From assembly GCF_006345805.1 (NCBI RefSeq), contig NC_043004.1, forward strand, positions 88,598,001 through 88,662,000: a stretch of DNA of 64,000 bases. The letters run 5' to 3'. The notes beneath the pieces are model-generated. The model did no database searches. It was given only the letters and a program-made list of their open reading frames with translations, and had not been told where the DNA came from. This document shows, in pieces, positions 13,712-26,169 of the stretch. The DNA comes from Octopus sinensis. Taxonomy: Eukaryota. The number at the start of each line of letters is the position of its first letter. Positions within the stretch are counted from its first letter, which is position 1. A program made the translations under genes and the position numbers.

Positions 13712-13745
<34 letters not shown>

Positions 13746-13794
13746 CATACATGCATGTATACATAGATGCATTCATGCACACACATGTGTGTGT

Positions 13795-13833
<39 letters not shown>

Positions 13834-14290
13834 GTTGTATTAAAAAGAAAAGCGACAGGTTCTAATGAAACGGAAGAATCTCAAAATGTGCCATCATATG
13901 ACTGCGTATACAGCATATGAATCTGTTGTGAATATCAGCGTATAAGCTTTATTTGGTAAAGATGTTTGGATATGTATGTATGTATGCATGTATGTATGTA
14001 TGCATGTATGTATGTATGCATGTATGGCTATGTGTGCATGATTATGTATGTGTGTATGTGTGGTCAATTTACTACTATTTAAATTTTGTGAATATTTTAG
14101 TCATACGCGGTAATATCATTACATAATACTTTGCATTCAGTTTCCTTTATTTCTGGAAGAGCCAATAATCTTCCTTTACCTCCATCTTGCTTTTAAGCTT
14201 TCGCCTCACACACATACATATATCAATACATACGTAGACACACACACACATATGCAAACATATATATATATATGTGTGTGTCTGTCTGTG

Positions 14291-14346
<56 letters not shown>

Positions 14347-14471
14347 TATATATTTATATATGTATGTATGTGAAGTGAAAGCTTAAAAGCAACATGGGGA
14401 AACGGAAGTTTATTGACTCTTTTATATGTATGTGCGCGTGTGTGTGCATGTGCTTATATATATGTGTATAT

Positions 14472-14503
<32 letters not shown>

Positions 14504-14704
14504 TATATATATATATATTAATATATATATATATAATATATTATATATATTATATATATATATATGTATATATATCTATATATATATTATATAATATACA
14601 TATATATATATATATGTATTTAAATGTATATATATATATATATATACATTTTAAATACATATTTAATATACGTATACATTTATTCATCCCTGCATATTTA
14701 TGTT

Positions 14705-14745
<41 letters not shown>

Positions 14746-15202
14746 TGTGAACATGTATATGTGTGTATACCCGTATAAATACTTGGATGCAAAAATATGG
14801 GCCTATCCCAGTGTGTCGGTATGTGCGCATGTATATAGGCACGAATAAATATATGTATGTTAAATTCACGTTCAATTTAGTTTAATTTATTAAGTTTAAT
14901 TTAGTCATGTCAGCGCAAATGGGATTCATGTGAGAGCCATAATTAAACTACTACCTGCAATGCTGTGTACCTGATAAATTGAATTATGTTCCATATATGA
15001 CAAGATGTTCTAAGTGACTTTTGTTTTACCTGAATTTTCATATATTTTGATAAAATTGTCATTCAGAAAATTCAAGTCATATTGCTTTTATGTGTGTGAG
15101 TGTAACCTGATTGATTGATAGCTGTATTACATAATTAAAAGCATACATACACACATATATATATGTATATATATACATATATATGCATGTATATATATAT
15201 AT

Positions 15203-15362
15203 TAGGAGTGGCTGTGTGGTATGTAGGTTACTTACGAACCACATGGTTCTGGGTTCAGTCCCACTGTGTGGCACCTTGGGGAAGTGTCTTCTACAATAGC
15301 CCCTGGCCGACCAAAACCTTGTGAGTGGATTTGGTAGACGAAATTGAAAGAGGCCCGTCGTA
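15203..15362 (+). mobile_element. SINE family B 5' half
   Basis: GGGTTCAGTCCCACTG B-box-like motif. Confidence 0.85.
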
Positions 15363-15381
15363 TATATGTGTATATATATAT

Positions 15382-15414
<33 letters not shown>

Positions 15415-15819
15415 TATACACATATATATATACATATATACATATATATATGTGTGTGTACAAATCATATGGTTGGGTGGTAGGATGGTACCTTGGACAG
15501 ATGTTTTCTACTGTAGCCCTTTCACACCACTTATATTTTTCAGGAAACTGTGATAATAGAATCTGAAATTGCAAGAATTTGGTGGGGTTTTCCTAATGTT
15601 GTTATTCTTATTTTGAGCCCGGTATTTGAAGTCACTTAAAGAATAAAACAATTGATGGACTTGGATTTGTAATCCCATCGTTAAATAATGGTTCTTAATT
15701 TTGGTACAAATCCAACATTATTAGTCGGAGAGGTTAGTCTATGTAATCGACTCTAGTGCCCAATAAACGTTAAAGCTAACCTTGTCAGAATTTGAACCCA
15801 GAAAGTAAAAACCCAAAGG

Positions 15820-16055
15820 AAATACCTATTTCTTTACTAGCCACAAGGGGCTAAACAGAGAGGACAAACAAGGACAGACAAGCGGATTAAGTCGATTATA
15901 TCGACCCCAGTGCGTAACTGGTACTTATTTAATCGACCCCGAAAGGATGAAAGGCAAAGTCGACCTCGGCGGGATTTGAACTCAGAACGTAACGGCAGAC
16001 GAAATACCTCTAAGCATTTCGCCCGGCGTGCTAACGATTCTGCCAGATCGCCGCC
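15820..16055 (-). mobile_element. SINE family A, full length
   Basis: Complete head, body and tail. Confidence 0.9.
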
Positions 16056-16266
16056 TAAAGGAAATAACGTTAGGCGTTTTACCTGGGGGTAAAATGATTT
16101 TACAAGTTCGCTGCCTGTCCCTCATTGAATATTATTATGGTGTTACTGAACGAAATCCATTGCTTAGTTTTATCATTAGACACGGTTTTATCATAATTCC
16201 ATTTGATATTTTATGCAATTACTTTCGAACCTACGGAGTAGTTATAGATCACCTAAAAAGTAAATA

Positions 16267-16824
16267 TTGGGTTGTCCGGAAATTTCATGCCAATTTATAG
16301 TAGCTTACCTTTCGACTTATTTTAGAACATGGTTGAGTCCATAAAATAGGATTTGACTACACTTCCATTTAGAGCACAGTTTAAGCTATCTTTTAATGGA
16401 AGAAGGTTTATGTTCCTATAACCTGTGTTAATTCTGTAACCTTTTAAAATGGAAGTTCATTTTCGGCACTTGATGCTTTGGGAACCAGACAAAAATTGCC
16501 TGAGCTCGGCTTGGATGTGTTACCCCCACCCTCCATATTCACCAGGTATTGCTCCTTCGGGTTTCCACTTATTCGGGTCTCTGCAGAATAGTCTTAATGG
16601 TAAAAATTTCAATTCTTTGGATTACGTAAAAAGATACCGTGATGAATTCATTGCCATGAAATCACCTCAATTCTAGGAAGAGAGTATTTTCAAGTTAAAG
16701 GAAAGATGGAGACGCATTGTGCAACAAAATGGTTCATATTTGGTTGATTAAAAATGTAATGGCAAGTATTTATTGACCTTTTTCTTTCCTTTAAAAATCG
16801 GCACGAACTTTCCGGACAACCCAA
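16267..16824 (+). mobile_element. Internally deleted mariner element (558 bp)
   Basis: TA|TTGGGTTGTCCGGAAA...TTTCCGGACAACCCAA|TA TIRs. N-terminal MEVHFRHLMLWE is fused to a C-terminal HPPYSPGIAPSGFHLF...ERWRRIVQQNGSYLVD*; frameshift, stop, and D>G changes in the YSPDLAPSD motif. Confidence 0.95.
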
Positions 16825-17892
16825 TATATAAGATGTACGAAACCAGTCACATTTTCAAGAGCTTGGCAACGAATTTCACTTGGTTAAAAAAAAGAATATG
16901 GTGGCACATATTCTTGAGCTGCCAAAATATAAAATTCTGTTAATATAAATTGAAAGCTAGCAGGATATATAATTTGGCTGCAAAAAGGCACCCTTTTATT
17001 TTGCGTATTTTGGGTTGATTTTTTTAAATTCAAAGTTGCGCATATTTAAACCCTTGTTTTATAAACTGGCTGATAAAATCTCATTAGATATCAAATAATT
17101 CAATTTCATTTCTTAAAGAATTCAAGTAGATAATTTGTTGCGTATGTACACAAGAGACTCTAGAAATGCTCGTTTTTATAGAAAATATATACCCGGAAAT
17201 ATACAAGAATATAGATCGCTGTAAAATTATTTAACTTCACCCAATCAATATAAACTGTGTATATGTGCGTGTGTGTGTGTGTGAGAGAGAGAGAGAGAAA
17301 GAGAGGGAGAGAAAGAGTGTGTGTGTGTGAATGAAATGCCTCAAGTTTAAATTTGGTACGCTAGTTACTTATGCCAGGCTAACCAATTCTATATAAACAT
17401 ACAAATTTACTAATTATATATTTAAATTTCAAATATGCAAATTCAGTGCATAAATTCTTAAAATTTTCCACCGAGTTTTACATACATTAATAATTCAGTT
17501 ATACATTTTTACCAAGTTTTAACAGAATTACATTATTCTAGCTTCCAAAAGTAACCAACTGTTTCAATAAAACATAAACAAATATAACTGAAGTTAATTC
17601 ATTTTCGCTATTTTCTTGTGCGCTCCCCCCGGTTATTTTATTGTGTGTGTTGTACTGAAAATCTTAGAACACCCGAAGCGTGCCTAGAGGTTTTAAACTG
17701 AAAATAAAAATCCATAGTTTTAAATCGATTAAAACCATGAAATCTACAAACAAATTGTGCAGGATTGTTCTAAAAAGCGGAATTTTATTCAATCGTGTTT
17801 TTTTCTTTGAAAATTCAGCGATATTTCATGTGTGATGTACAGATCTACTCAGTGTAGCACTCAAGACTAATCCATTTGGTAGCTTTTATCTT

Positions 17893-18080
17893 TTACGTTT
17901 AACTTGTTTCAGTCATTAGATTGCGGCCATGCTGAAGCACCGCATTCAAGGGTTTCGTCGAACAAATCGAATACAGTATTTTTCTTTATGTGGTCTGGTA
18001 TTTTATTCTATCGAACTTTTTAGTAGTTTCGAAAATGGTAAGCTACGGTGACGTAAACAAACCAGTATCATTTGTCAAGC
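17893..18080 (-). mobile_element. SINE family B 3' half
   Basis: Tail motif. Confidence 0.75.
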
Positions 18081-18347
18081 GCTGTTGATTTGCTTACATC
18101 CCTGTAAATTTCATAGTTGAAATTTACAGAAAAACAAAAGACGAGGACGGGTGTATGAACAACGAGCAGGTGCATTAATTTGACACTCGGAAAAGTTTAA
18201 TGTTTTTTTATGTTTCGAGCCTACGCTCTTCAACATAAAGGAATAAGAGAAAATAAACAAAGAGAGAATTTTAAAAAAAACTTCTGGATTTAGCGATCAA
18301 TCATGGCAACTTGTGTGTGTGTGTGTGCGTGTGTGTGTATGTGTGTA

Positions 18348-18507
18348 TGTGTCTGTTGCTGTATGGTAAGAATCTTGCTTCTCAATCAAATGGTCCTGGG
18401 TTCAGTACCACTGGATGGCATCTTGGGCAAGTGTCTTCTATAGCGTCGGGCCGACCAAATCCTTATGAGTGGATTTGATAGACTGAAACTGAAAGAAGCC
18501 TGGCGTA
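18348..18507 (+). mobile_element. SINE family B 5' half
   Basis: Head and body motifs. Confidence 0.8.
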
Positions 18508-18534
18508 CACACACATACACACACACACACACAT

Positions 18535-18584
<50 letters not shown>

Positions 18585-18662
18585 GTATATATATATATAT
18601 ATTCGCCATGATAGATCGCTAGCTACTGCACATTCTTTATTTTCTCTCATTTTTTTGTGTTC

Positions 18663-18698
18663 CTTTCTGTGAAAGAGCGTACGCTCGAAACGTTAAAG
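18663..18698 (+). ncRNA. Minimal hammerhead-like motif with altered core (CUGUGAAA)
   Basis: CUUU-CUGUGAAA-GAGC-GUAC-GCUC-GAAA-CG-UU-AAAG; same architecture as 58851-58885. Confidence 0.45.
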
Positions 18699-19501
18699 AC
18701 TTTTTCACTTCCCGAGCGTTAAACTAATACATCTGTTTGTTGTCTACACCACCTGTCTTCGTCTTGGTTTTTTTTTTTGTTTTTTGTGAATTCTCCCTAT
18801 ATATATGTGTGTGTATGTGTGTAAACTAAGCGATATTTATACACACGGTGAATGAAAATCGGTGAATTAACTGAAAAGACAAAGAAAAAAACTTTCAATA
18901 AATATTTGTCTGTGCGTAAGAATGAATGAATAAACACAATTTAGGAACAAAAATGTAAAAATCTACCATAATTAGCGAAATATAAGGGAAAGAATGGAAA
19001 GATCAGAAAGAAAGATATTTTTATATACATGTTGATTTTATATTCCCGCCATTAATATAAGCATTTCTGTGTGCGTGTGGAGGCGTGTGTATGTGAATGT
19101 GTGTATATATATATATATATATATATTATGTATGTGTAAGTGCGCGTGAGTGCGTAAGCTTGTTCATGCATGTGTATGTATATTATATATACACAAACAC
19201 ATACACACATGCACATACACACACACACACATATATATATATACACACATATATATATACACACGTACATATATATATATATTTATACGAAAATATATAT
19301 ATATGTATGTATGTGTGAGTGAGTGTTTGTGTATGTATATATATATATATATATATATACAAACACACACTCACACATACATACATAAATTATTTTGTAT
19401 ACATGTGTCTATATATATATGTATGTGTATATATATATAGATATAGATATATGTGTGTATGTATATATATGTGGGTGTGTGTGTATGTGTATATTTTTTT
19501 T

Positions 19502-19730
19502 TCTAGTTTCAGCTCAGAGCTGCGGCCATGCTGATGCACCGCCGTTTTGTGCTACACTGTTATTACGACGAACCTTGTCTAATATGTGACACTTGGTGTA
19601 GAATGGAGTTTGATACAGCTACTCTCAGTTGCACCTCTTGCCGTGAGGTAGGTTCATCTGGGACTCTTGACAGGAAGATGTCCAGCTTTGATTTACAGAT
19701 CCACAATCATCAAGGTTCATGCAACTTAGT
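19502..19730 (-). mobile_element. CR1/L2-group LINE 3' end
   Basis: KSKLDIFLSRVPDEPTSRQE...VSNSILHQ** followed by GGCGGTGCATCAGCATGGCCGCAGCTCTGAGCTGAAACTAG. Confidence 0.7.
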
Positions 19731-19739
19731 ATATGCATC

Positions 19740-19770
<31 letters not shown>

Positions 19771-19786
19771 TTTATTTTATAGAAGG

Positions 19787-19837
19787 AGCTTCTACAGGAC
19801 TAGAACTGTTTCATTCAAATGAAATCATCAGGAAGCT
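19787..19837 (-). ncRNA. Compact type I hammerhead candidate with atypical stem II
   Basis: Stem I AGCUUC/GAAGCU; CUGAUGA; stem II only UUC/GAA without the usual G-C closing pair; GAAA; stem III ACAG/CUGU with an 8-nt loop; GUA triplet. Confidence 0.6.
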
Positions 19838-19879
19838 TGCTGTCAAAATAAGTTCTGGTATTTATACATTTAGGCATTT

Positions 19880-19920
<41 letters not shown>

Positions 19921-20007
19921 GTGTGTGTGTGTGTGTGGTGTGTGTGTGTGTGTGTGTTGTGTGTGTGTGGAAAGATAGATAGATACGCATACAAAGTTGT
20001 TAAATAT

Positions 20008-20410
20008 ATGTGGCTGTGTGATAAGTACCTTGCTTACCAACCATATTGTTCCGTGTTCAGTCCCACTGCGTGGCAACTTGGGCAAGTGTCTTCTACTATA
20101 GCCTCGGGCCGACCAAAGCCTTGTGAGTGGATTTGGTAGAGAAACTGAAAGAAGCCTGTCGTATATAGATAGCTATATATGTATGTATGTATGTATGTGT
20201 GTGCTTATGCTTCTATGTTTGCCCCTCCTCCCCATCGCTGACCACCGATGCTGGTGTGTTTACGTCCCCGTAACCTAGCTGTTCGGCAAAAGGACCGATA
20301 CAATAAGTATTAGGCTTACAAATTATAAGTCCTGGGTGCGATTTGTTCGACTACAAGCGGTGATCCAGCATAGCCGCAGTCAAATGACTGAAACACATAA
20401 AAGAATAAAG
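20008..20410 (+). mobile_element. SINE family B, full length
   Basis: Head, body and tail. Confidence 0.9.
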
Positions 20411-20427
20411 CAATAAATATATATTAC

Positions 20428-20800
20428 TTTTACTTTTTTCAGTTGACTGCGATCATGCTGGAGCACCGCCTTCAGCCTAGCAAATTGACCCCTGGACTCA
20501 TTCTTTGTAAGCCTTGTACTTTTACCGAACCTCTAAGTTACGGAGATGTAAATACACCAACATAGGTTGTCAAACGATGGTGGGGAAAACGCAGACACAA
20601 ATAACAAATACATACATATATATATATACGTATATACATATATACGACGGCCTTTTTTCAGTTTCCGTCTACAAAATCCACTCACAAGGCTTTGGTCGGC
20701 CAGAGGCTATAGTAGAAGACACTTGTCCATGGTACCACGCAGTGGGACTGAAGAACCATGTCGTGGGAAGCAAGCTTCTTACTCCAGCCACTCATGCGCC
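20428..20800 (-). mobile_element. SINE family B, full length, tail-to-tail with the previous copy
   Basis: Head, body and tail. Confidence 0.9.
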
Positions 20801-20819
20801 TATACGTATATATTTATAT

Positions 20820-20862
<43 letters not shown>

Positions 20863-21166
20863 ATATATATACACACACTAACACACACACACATATATAT
20901 ATATGTATTATATATAGTTGGTTAGTTTATATTCTCTCTTAAGAACATAGAGTACAGTATTAAGTTCGTCCAATCTTCAGATTTCACTCTGTGCTATCCA
21001 CCAATACTTTCTGCGTTGGGGCTTCTATAATGTGTGAATGGATATTTGAATGTGTATCAAAGATACACTGAATAGCTACCAATAACTCGCATGCCATGAC
21101 AGAAAGAAAGGATGCGCTCGAAATCGAGAATTTTAGTTTACGGAACACAGAAACGCTATTTATATA

Positions 21167-21267
21167 TTACCTGATGAAGCACAACATACGATAATGCAGG
21201 GAAGTAATTGCATAACCAAATATCTGCGAACCTGGACAACTACGTCGAGTAGAAACAATTGTAGTAA
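21167..21267 (+). ncRNA. Hammerhead candidate with poorly closed long stem II
   Basis: Stem I UUAC/GUAA; CUGAUGA 21171-21177; GAAA 21252-21255; ACAAUUGU; GUA. The stem II closing pairs are not convincing. Confidence 0.55.
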
Positions 21268-21433
21268 CTGCAAATAAATGTTCATCTGTACCCCTTCTTG
21301 TTGATTCCATATATTTATATATATATATATATATATATAATTTCAACAATTGAGGGTAAAATTAATTAATTATTAATCAATTTCACCAAGTGTTCAGTAT
21401 GCAAAGGGACCATTCAAGGCGAATTCAAATTAT

Positions 21434-21672
21434 TACATTATATAAAAGGGCTTAGTAAAATAAATTACTTTGCCGCATACTGAACTCATTAGAAATAGCA
21501 GCCAAAAAACTTTTTTAAGGCTATTTCTAATACTTAAAGAAAATCTCTCTCATATATATGAGAGAGATTTTCTTTAAGTATTAGAAATAGCCTTAAAAAA
21601 GTTTTTTGGCTGCTATTTCTAATGAGTTCAGTATGCGGCAAAGTAATTTATTTTACTAAGCCCTTTTATATA

Positions 21673-21677
<5 letters not shown>
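21434..21677. repeat. Perfect 244-bp palindrome, no spacer
   Basis: Centre CATAT|ATATG at 21555/21556; the 122-bp arms read as exact complements. Confidence 0.95.
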
Positions 21678-21717
<40 letters not shown>

Positions 21718-21719
21718 AT

Positions 21720-21905
21720 ACAAACATGAACAAAGAGAAAATACAGAAACGCGAGAACGTGGAATAAGTGCAGTGTCCATTGGACGCTCAGGAAAGGAAG
21801 GAAAAGAGTTGGATCTCAAGTTTCGAGCGGAGCTCTTCGTCATAAATATAGAAAACAAGAAAAATCCAAAGAAGTCGGGGAAAGAAAATCGCAACGATAC
21901 ACACC

Positions 21906-21912
<7 letters not shown>
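21720..21912 (-). mobile_element. Short PLE-derived repeat with decayed minimal hammerhead (21812-21848); homologue of 58760-58965
   Basis: Shares GGACGCTCAGGAA and TTTCGAGCGGAGCTCTTCGTCA with 58760-58965. Confidence 0.65.
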
Positions 21913-21960
<48 letters not shown>

Positions 21961-22159
21961 TTGCACATACACATTGTATTGTGTTCTGTTTATTCGCCGT
22001 TTTGCTAATAACGCTCGGTGTTAAGATACCTGGAAGTCATGGACCAAGAGAGAGTAATCTCTTCGGATCGAACCAAGAGTGGTAGATACCGATATTTCGC
22101 CATGACAGTGATATACATATATATGCAGACACACAGACAGCCACACAAAGAATAGTAGA

Positions 22160-22175
22160 CAGGTAGATAGACAGG

Positions 22176-22227
<52 letters not shown>

Positions 22228-22228
22228 C

Positions 22229-22262
<34 letters not shown>
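22160..22262. repeat. (GATA)n microsatellite
   Basis: Direct inspection. Confidence 0.95.
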
Positions 22263-22263
<1 letters not shown>

Positions 22264-22312
22264 CACATCGCATATAAACATGCGTACAACACACACATAC
22301 ATTCGCAAAACA

Positions 22313-22349
<37 letters not shown>

Positions 22350-22516
22350 TTTCTTTCTTACTGTCAATTCCTCTCGTTTTCCTTCTCTTTCTCTACCCCA
22401 TCTCTCTTTCTCCCTCTTTCTCGTTCAGGTGGGTTTTTTTTTAATTTTAAATATACCTTCTTGCTCAAACACTTCGGAAACAAACATGTATGCATAAAAG
22501 TTCGTGAATGTGTGTA

Positions 22517-22548
<32 letters not shown>

Positions 22549-22575
22549 GAGTTTGTGTGTGTATCAGTACGTACC

Positions 22576-22676
<101 letters not shown>

Positions 22677-23514
22677 GATGTAGGGAGGGAAGGACAGACA
22701 GCAGACCGGAAAGTACGGAGAATGGCAAGTCAGTTAAATAGAAAAATTCAAGAAAGATTGAAATAATCATAACATTGACTATGTATGAATATGTATGCGT
22801 GTGTGTTTTGCGTGAGTGTGTGTGTTTGTGTATGTGTGAGTGTGTGTGTGTGGGTGAGTGAGTGTGTGTGTGTGTATATATGTTTGTGTGCTTATGAGTG
22901 TACACACACAACAATCGTTCATTAGGAAAAAAAAAGTTGAAATATATGTAAAAGAAGCATTTCTACATGTACGTGTGTGTGTGTGTGTGGCATTCTGCAT
23001 ATATTTGTGTGATGTGAGTACTTATTAATACACACACCAACAAACGTACGCATTTTACTTATATAAATATAAAATAAATATATTGAAATGAAACGCAGGG
23101 GAATTGTCTACAATAGGACATAGGATACTTCTTGCTATAAATATATTCAACTTCAACGAATTTCAACAGAATTTCTTTCCAGTTCCTTCTTTATAAAAAC
23201 TGTTTTTTCATAGCTCCTTTGTTTGCTTCAGAGCAAATTTTTCAACCATTATCCTGTTGCTTCTGTACTTGTAGTTGTTACTGTTCTTTTAATTCTTTTT
23301 CTTTTCATTTTTGTTTTTTTTCACAAATAAATATGCCTTGTTATTCCTGGCATCAATGTTGATATAAACATTTTTTTGTTTTGTTTTGTTTTGCTTTTTT
23401 GCATTTTGCTATTGATATTTTTGCTCCTGCATAAGTTTGCGAATTTTACTAACACATTGCGGTGTTACACTATTACTGCAACTAATTCGACTGCTAATAA
23501 TACTGAATAACGGG

Positions 23515-24946
23515 CTCCAAATTTTGGCACAAGATCAGCAATATAGAGAGATTCTCGTGAGTCATTTGTATCAATTAGTGCATATTTTATCGATCCCGAA
23601 ACGACGAAAGGCAATGTCGACTTCGGTGGAATTTGAACTTAGAACCTAAAGCGAGACGAAATGTCGCTAAGCATTTTGCCCGGCGTGCTAACGATTCTTA
23701 TTTCTTCATTGCCCACATGGGGCTAAACATAGAGGGAACAAACAAGGATAGACAAAGGGATTAATTCGATTACATCCACCTCAGTGCGTCACTGGTACTT
23801 AATTTGGATCTTTTCCTTTTGAACGGCAGACAATTTCTCGTTAACTAAACACTTTAAAATTTCGTATACTGGTAGAATGTGTCAAAATAAAACATTTTTT
23901 TTTCTCTTGGCTTTCTTGAGAAAATTGTAATTTGTTTGTTTAACGTAGTTTAATTTTTCGAATTTTAGCCAATCCTATGCTCTCTTTTGAGCTAAAATCA
24001 TTTGCTGCGTCTAAAACTGAGACAACATCCAGTAACTAGCCCTAAACCTCCCCACTTACCCTAACCCTAACCCTAATTTTTTTTTCTTAATTGTTAAATT
24101 AATTTGTTACGCGTGTAAAAAAACTAAAGCAATGGAATTAAATTAATTTAACAATTAAGAAACAAAAAGGGTTAGGGTTAGGGGGAGGGGGAGGTTTAGG
24201 GTTAGTTACAGGATGTTGTCTCAGTTTTAGACGCAGCAAATGATTTTAGTTGAATGGAGGTAATCGATTGTTTAAAATTGCCGAAATGCTCGGATTTTCA
24301 GACGAAATGTCTTACAAACTATGAAATTTTCTCAATAAAACCAAGAGAAGATGATGTTTTATAAACACATTCTACCAGTATACGAAGTTTAAAAGTGTTT
24401 AGTTAACTAGAAATTGTGTTGACATCTGCCGTTCAAAAGGAAAAGATCCCTTAATTTATCGACCCCGAAAGGATGAAAGGCAAATCCGACCTCGGCGGAA
24501 TTTGGACTCAGAACGTAACGGCGGACGAAATACCTATTTCATTATTGCCCGCAGGGGGCTAAACACAGAGGGGACAAACGTATTAAGTCGATTATATCGA
24601 CCCCAGTGCGAAATTGGTACTTAATTTATCGACGCCGAAAAGATGAAGGCAAAGTCGACCGCGGCTGAATTTGAACTCAGAACGTAGCGGCCGACGAAAT
24701 ACCGTTGAGCATTTCGCCAGATGTGCTAGCGATTCTGCTAGCTTGTCGCCTTAATGATATCGATTTCAAGTTTTGACACCAGGCCAGCAATTTCGGGGAA
24801 GGAATTAAGTCATTTGTATTGACCCCAGTGGTCAACTGTACATATTTTAGTGACTCCGAAAAGATGAAAGGCGAGAACGTAACGACGGGTGAAATACTGC
24901 TAAGCATTTTTGCCCGGCGTGCTAACGACTCTGCCAGTTCACCACC

Positions 24947-24978
<32 letters not shown>

Positions 24979-25186
24979 CTTTTCTATTATAAGCACAAAG
25001 CCTGAAATTTGGTGGCGGAGATTAGTCGATTACATCGACCTCAGTGTTTCACTGGTACTATATTTATCGATTCCGAAAGGATAAAAGGTAACACCGACCT
25101 CGGCAGAATTTGAACTCAGAACATAGCGACAAAATACCGCTAAGCATTTAGTCCAGCGTGCTAGCAATTCTGCCAGCCCGCCGCGT
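23515..25186 (-). mobile_element. Cluster of about five family A SINEs, one split by a MITE
   Basis: Repeated head and body motifs. Confidence 0.85.
23806..24449. mobile_element. Foldback MITE of the same family inserted into a SINE
   Basis: GGATCTTTTCCTTTTGAACGGCAGA / TCTGCCGTTCAAAAGGAAAAGATCC; TSD CTTAATTT at 23798-23805 and 24450-24457; CCCTAA left, TTAGGG right. Confidence 0.9.
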
Positions 25187-25484
25187 TAATTACAACATCA
25201 CACTAGAATGGTCTTTGAGCTACTGATAATAAGTCACTTTTCTATACGCAGACACGGGCAACTGTTTTTGTGTAGCAGGTCGCATGAGACACACCCTAAT
25301 TCTCAGGCAGGCTGGATTACTAAAATTTTCAAAGTAATATTTCGTTGGTGTGTCACTTAGAAAACACCGTTTGCTGCAGTGTGCCCATAACTGCTTTATC
25401 TTTTACACTATTTCGAGAAGAGAATTTTTTCCCAAAATATTATAGCAAAAATAAATAACTTGTATAAGGTAGTACTCTGTTTTA

Positions 25485-25680
25485 CTCTTTTAAGTTTTTA
25501 AGTCATTTGACTGTGGCCATGCTGGAGCACTGCCTTTTGTCGAGCAAATCCACCCCAGGACCTATTCTCTGTGGGCCTAGTACTTATACTATCCATCTCT
25601 TTTGCCGAACCGCCAAGTTACGGGGACGTAACACACCAGCATCGGTTGTTAAGTGATGTTGGGGGACAAACACAGATACA
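25485..25680 (-). mobile_element. SINE family B 3' half
   Basis: Tail motif. Confidence 0.8.
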
Positions 25681-26169
25681 CAAACATATACACACACATA
25701 TATACATATATACATATACATATATACATATATACATATACATATATACATAAAGTAGTGATATATGCATAAAGTTGTGATATGAACACAAAATATTTTA
25801 AGAAAGTAAAGGCTCGAATTAAGTCCAAACTTAATTCCCGGTATATTACACCTAATATAAACGACTGGACGTGATATAGTGCCAGAAGAGTGATTTCAAA
25901 GAAAAATTAAATAATGACATTAGATAGAAAATTCCTAGCCATGCACAGAACACTTCATCAAAAGCAAATTCCGGTTGTTTATATGTGAAACGCGTTTCAT
26001 TTGAAGCAAATATTCGTGAAACGTTAGATTGAAGGGAGATGGTTTATTAGCATTTTTGATTATGTGAACGAAGAACCATTCACTTGTACAGAGTGAATAG
26101 AACTACTTAAATATTCTGCAATAGAACTAGGACTTCCTTATGTAGAACTATAAATATTTTATTCTTTTA

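Noticed and set aside
25985-26030. GAAACGCGTTTC palindrome as a hammerhead helix III
   Set aside because: No CUGANGA upstream on either strand.
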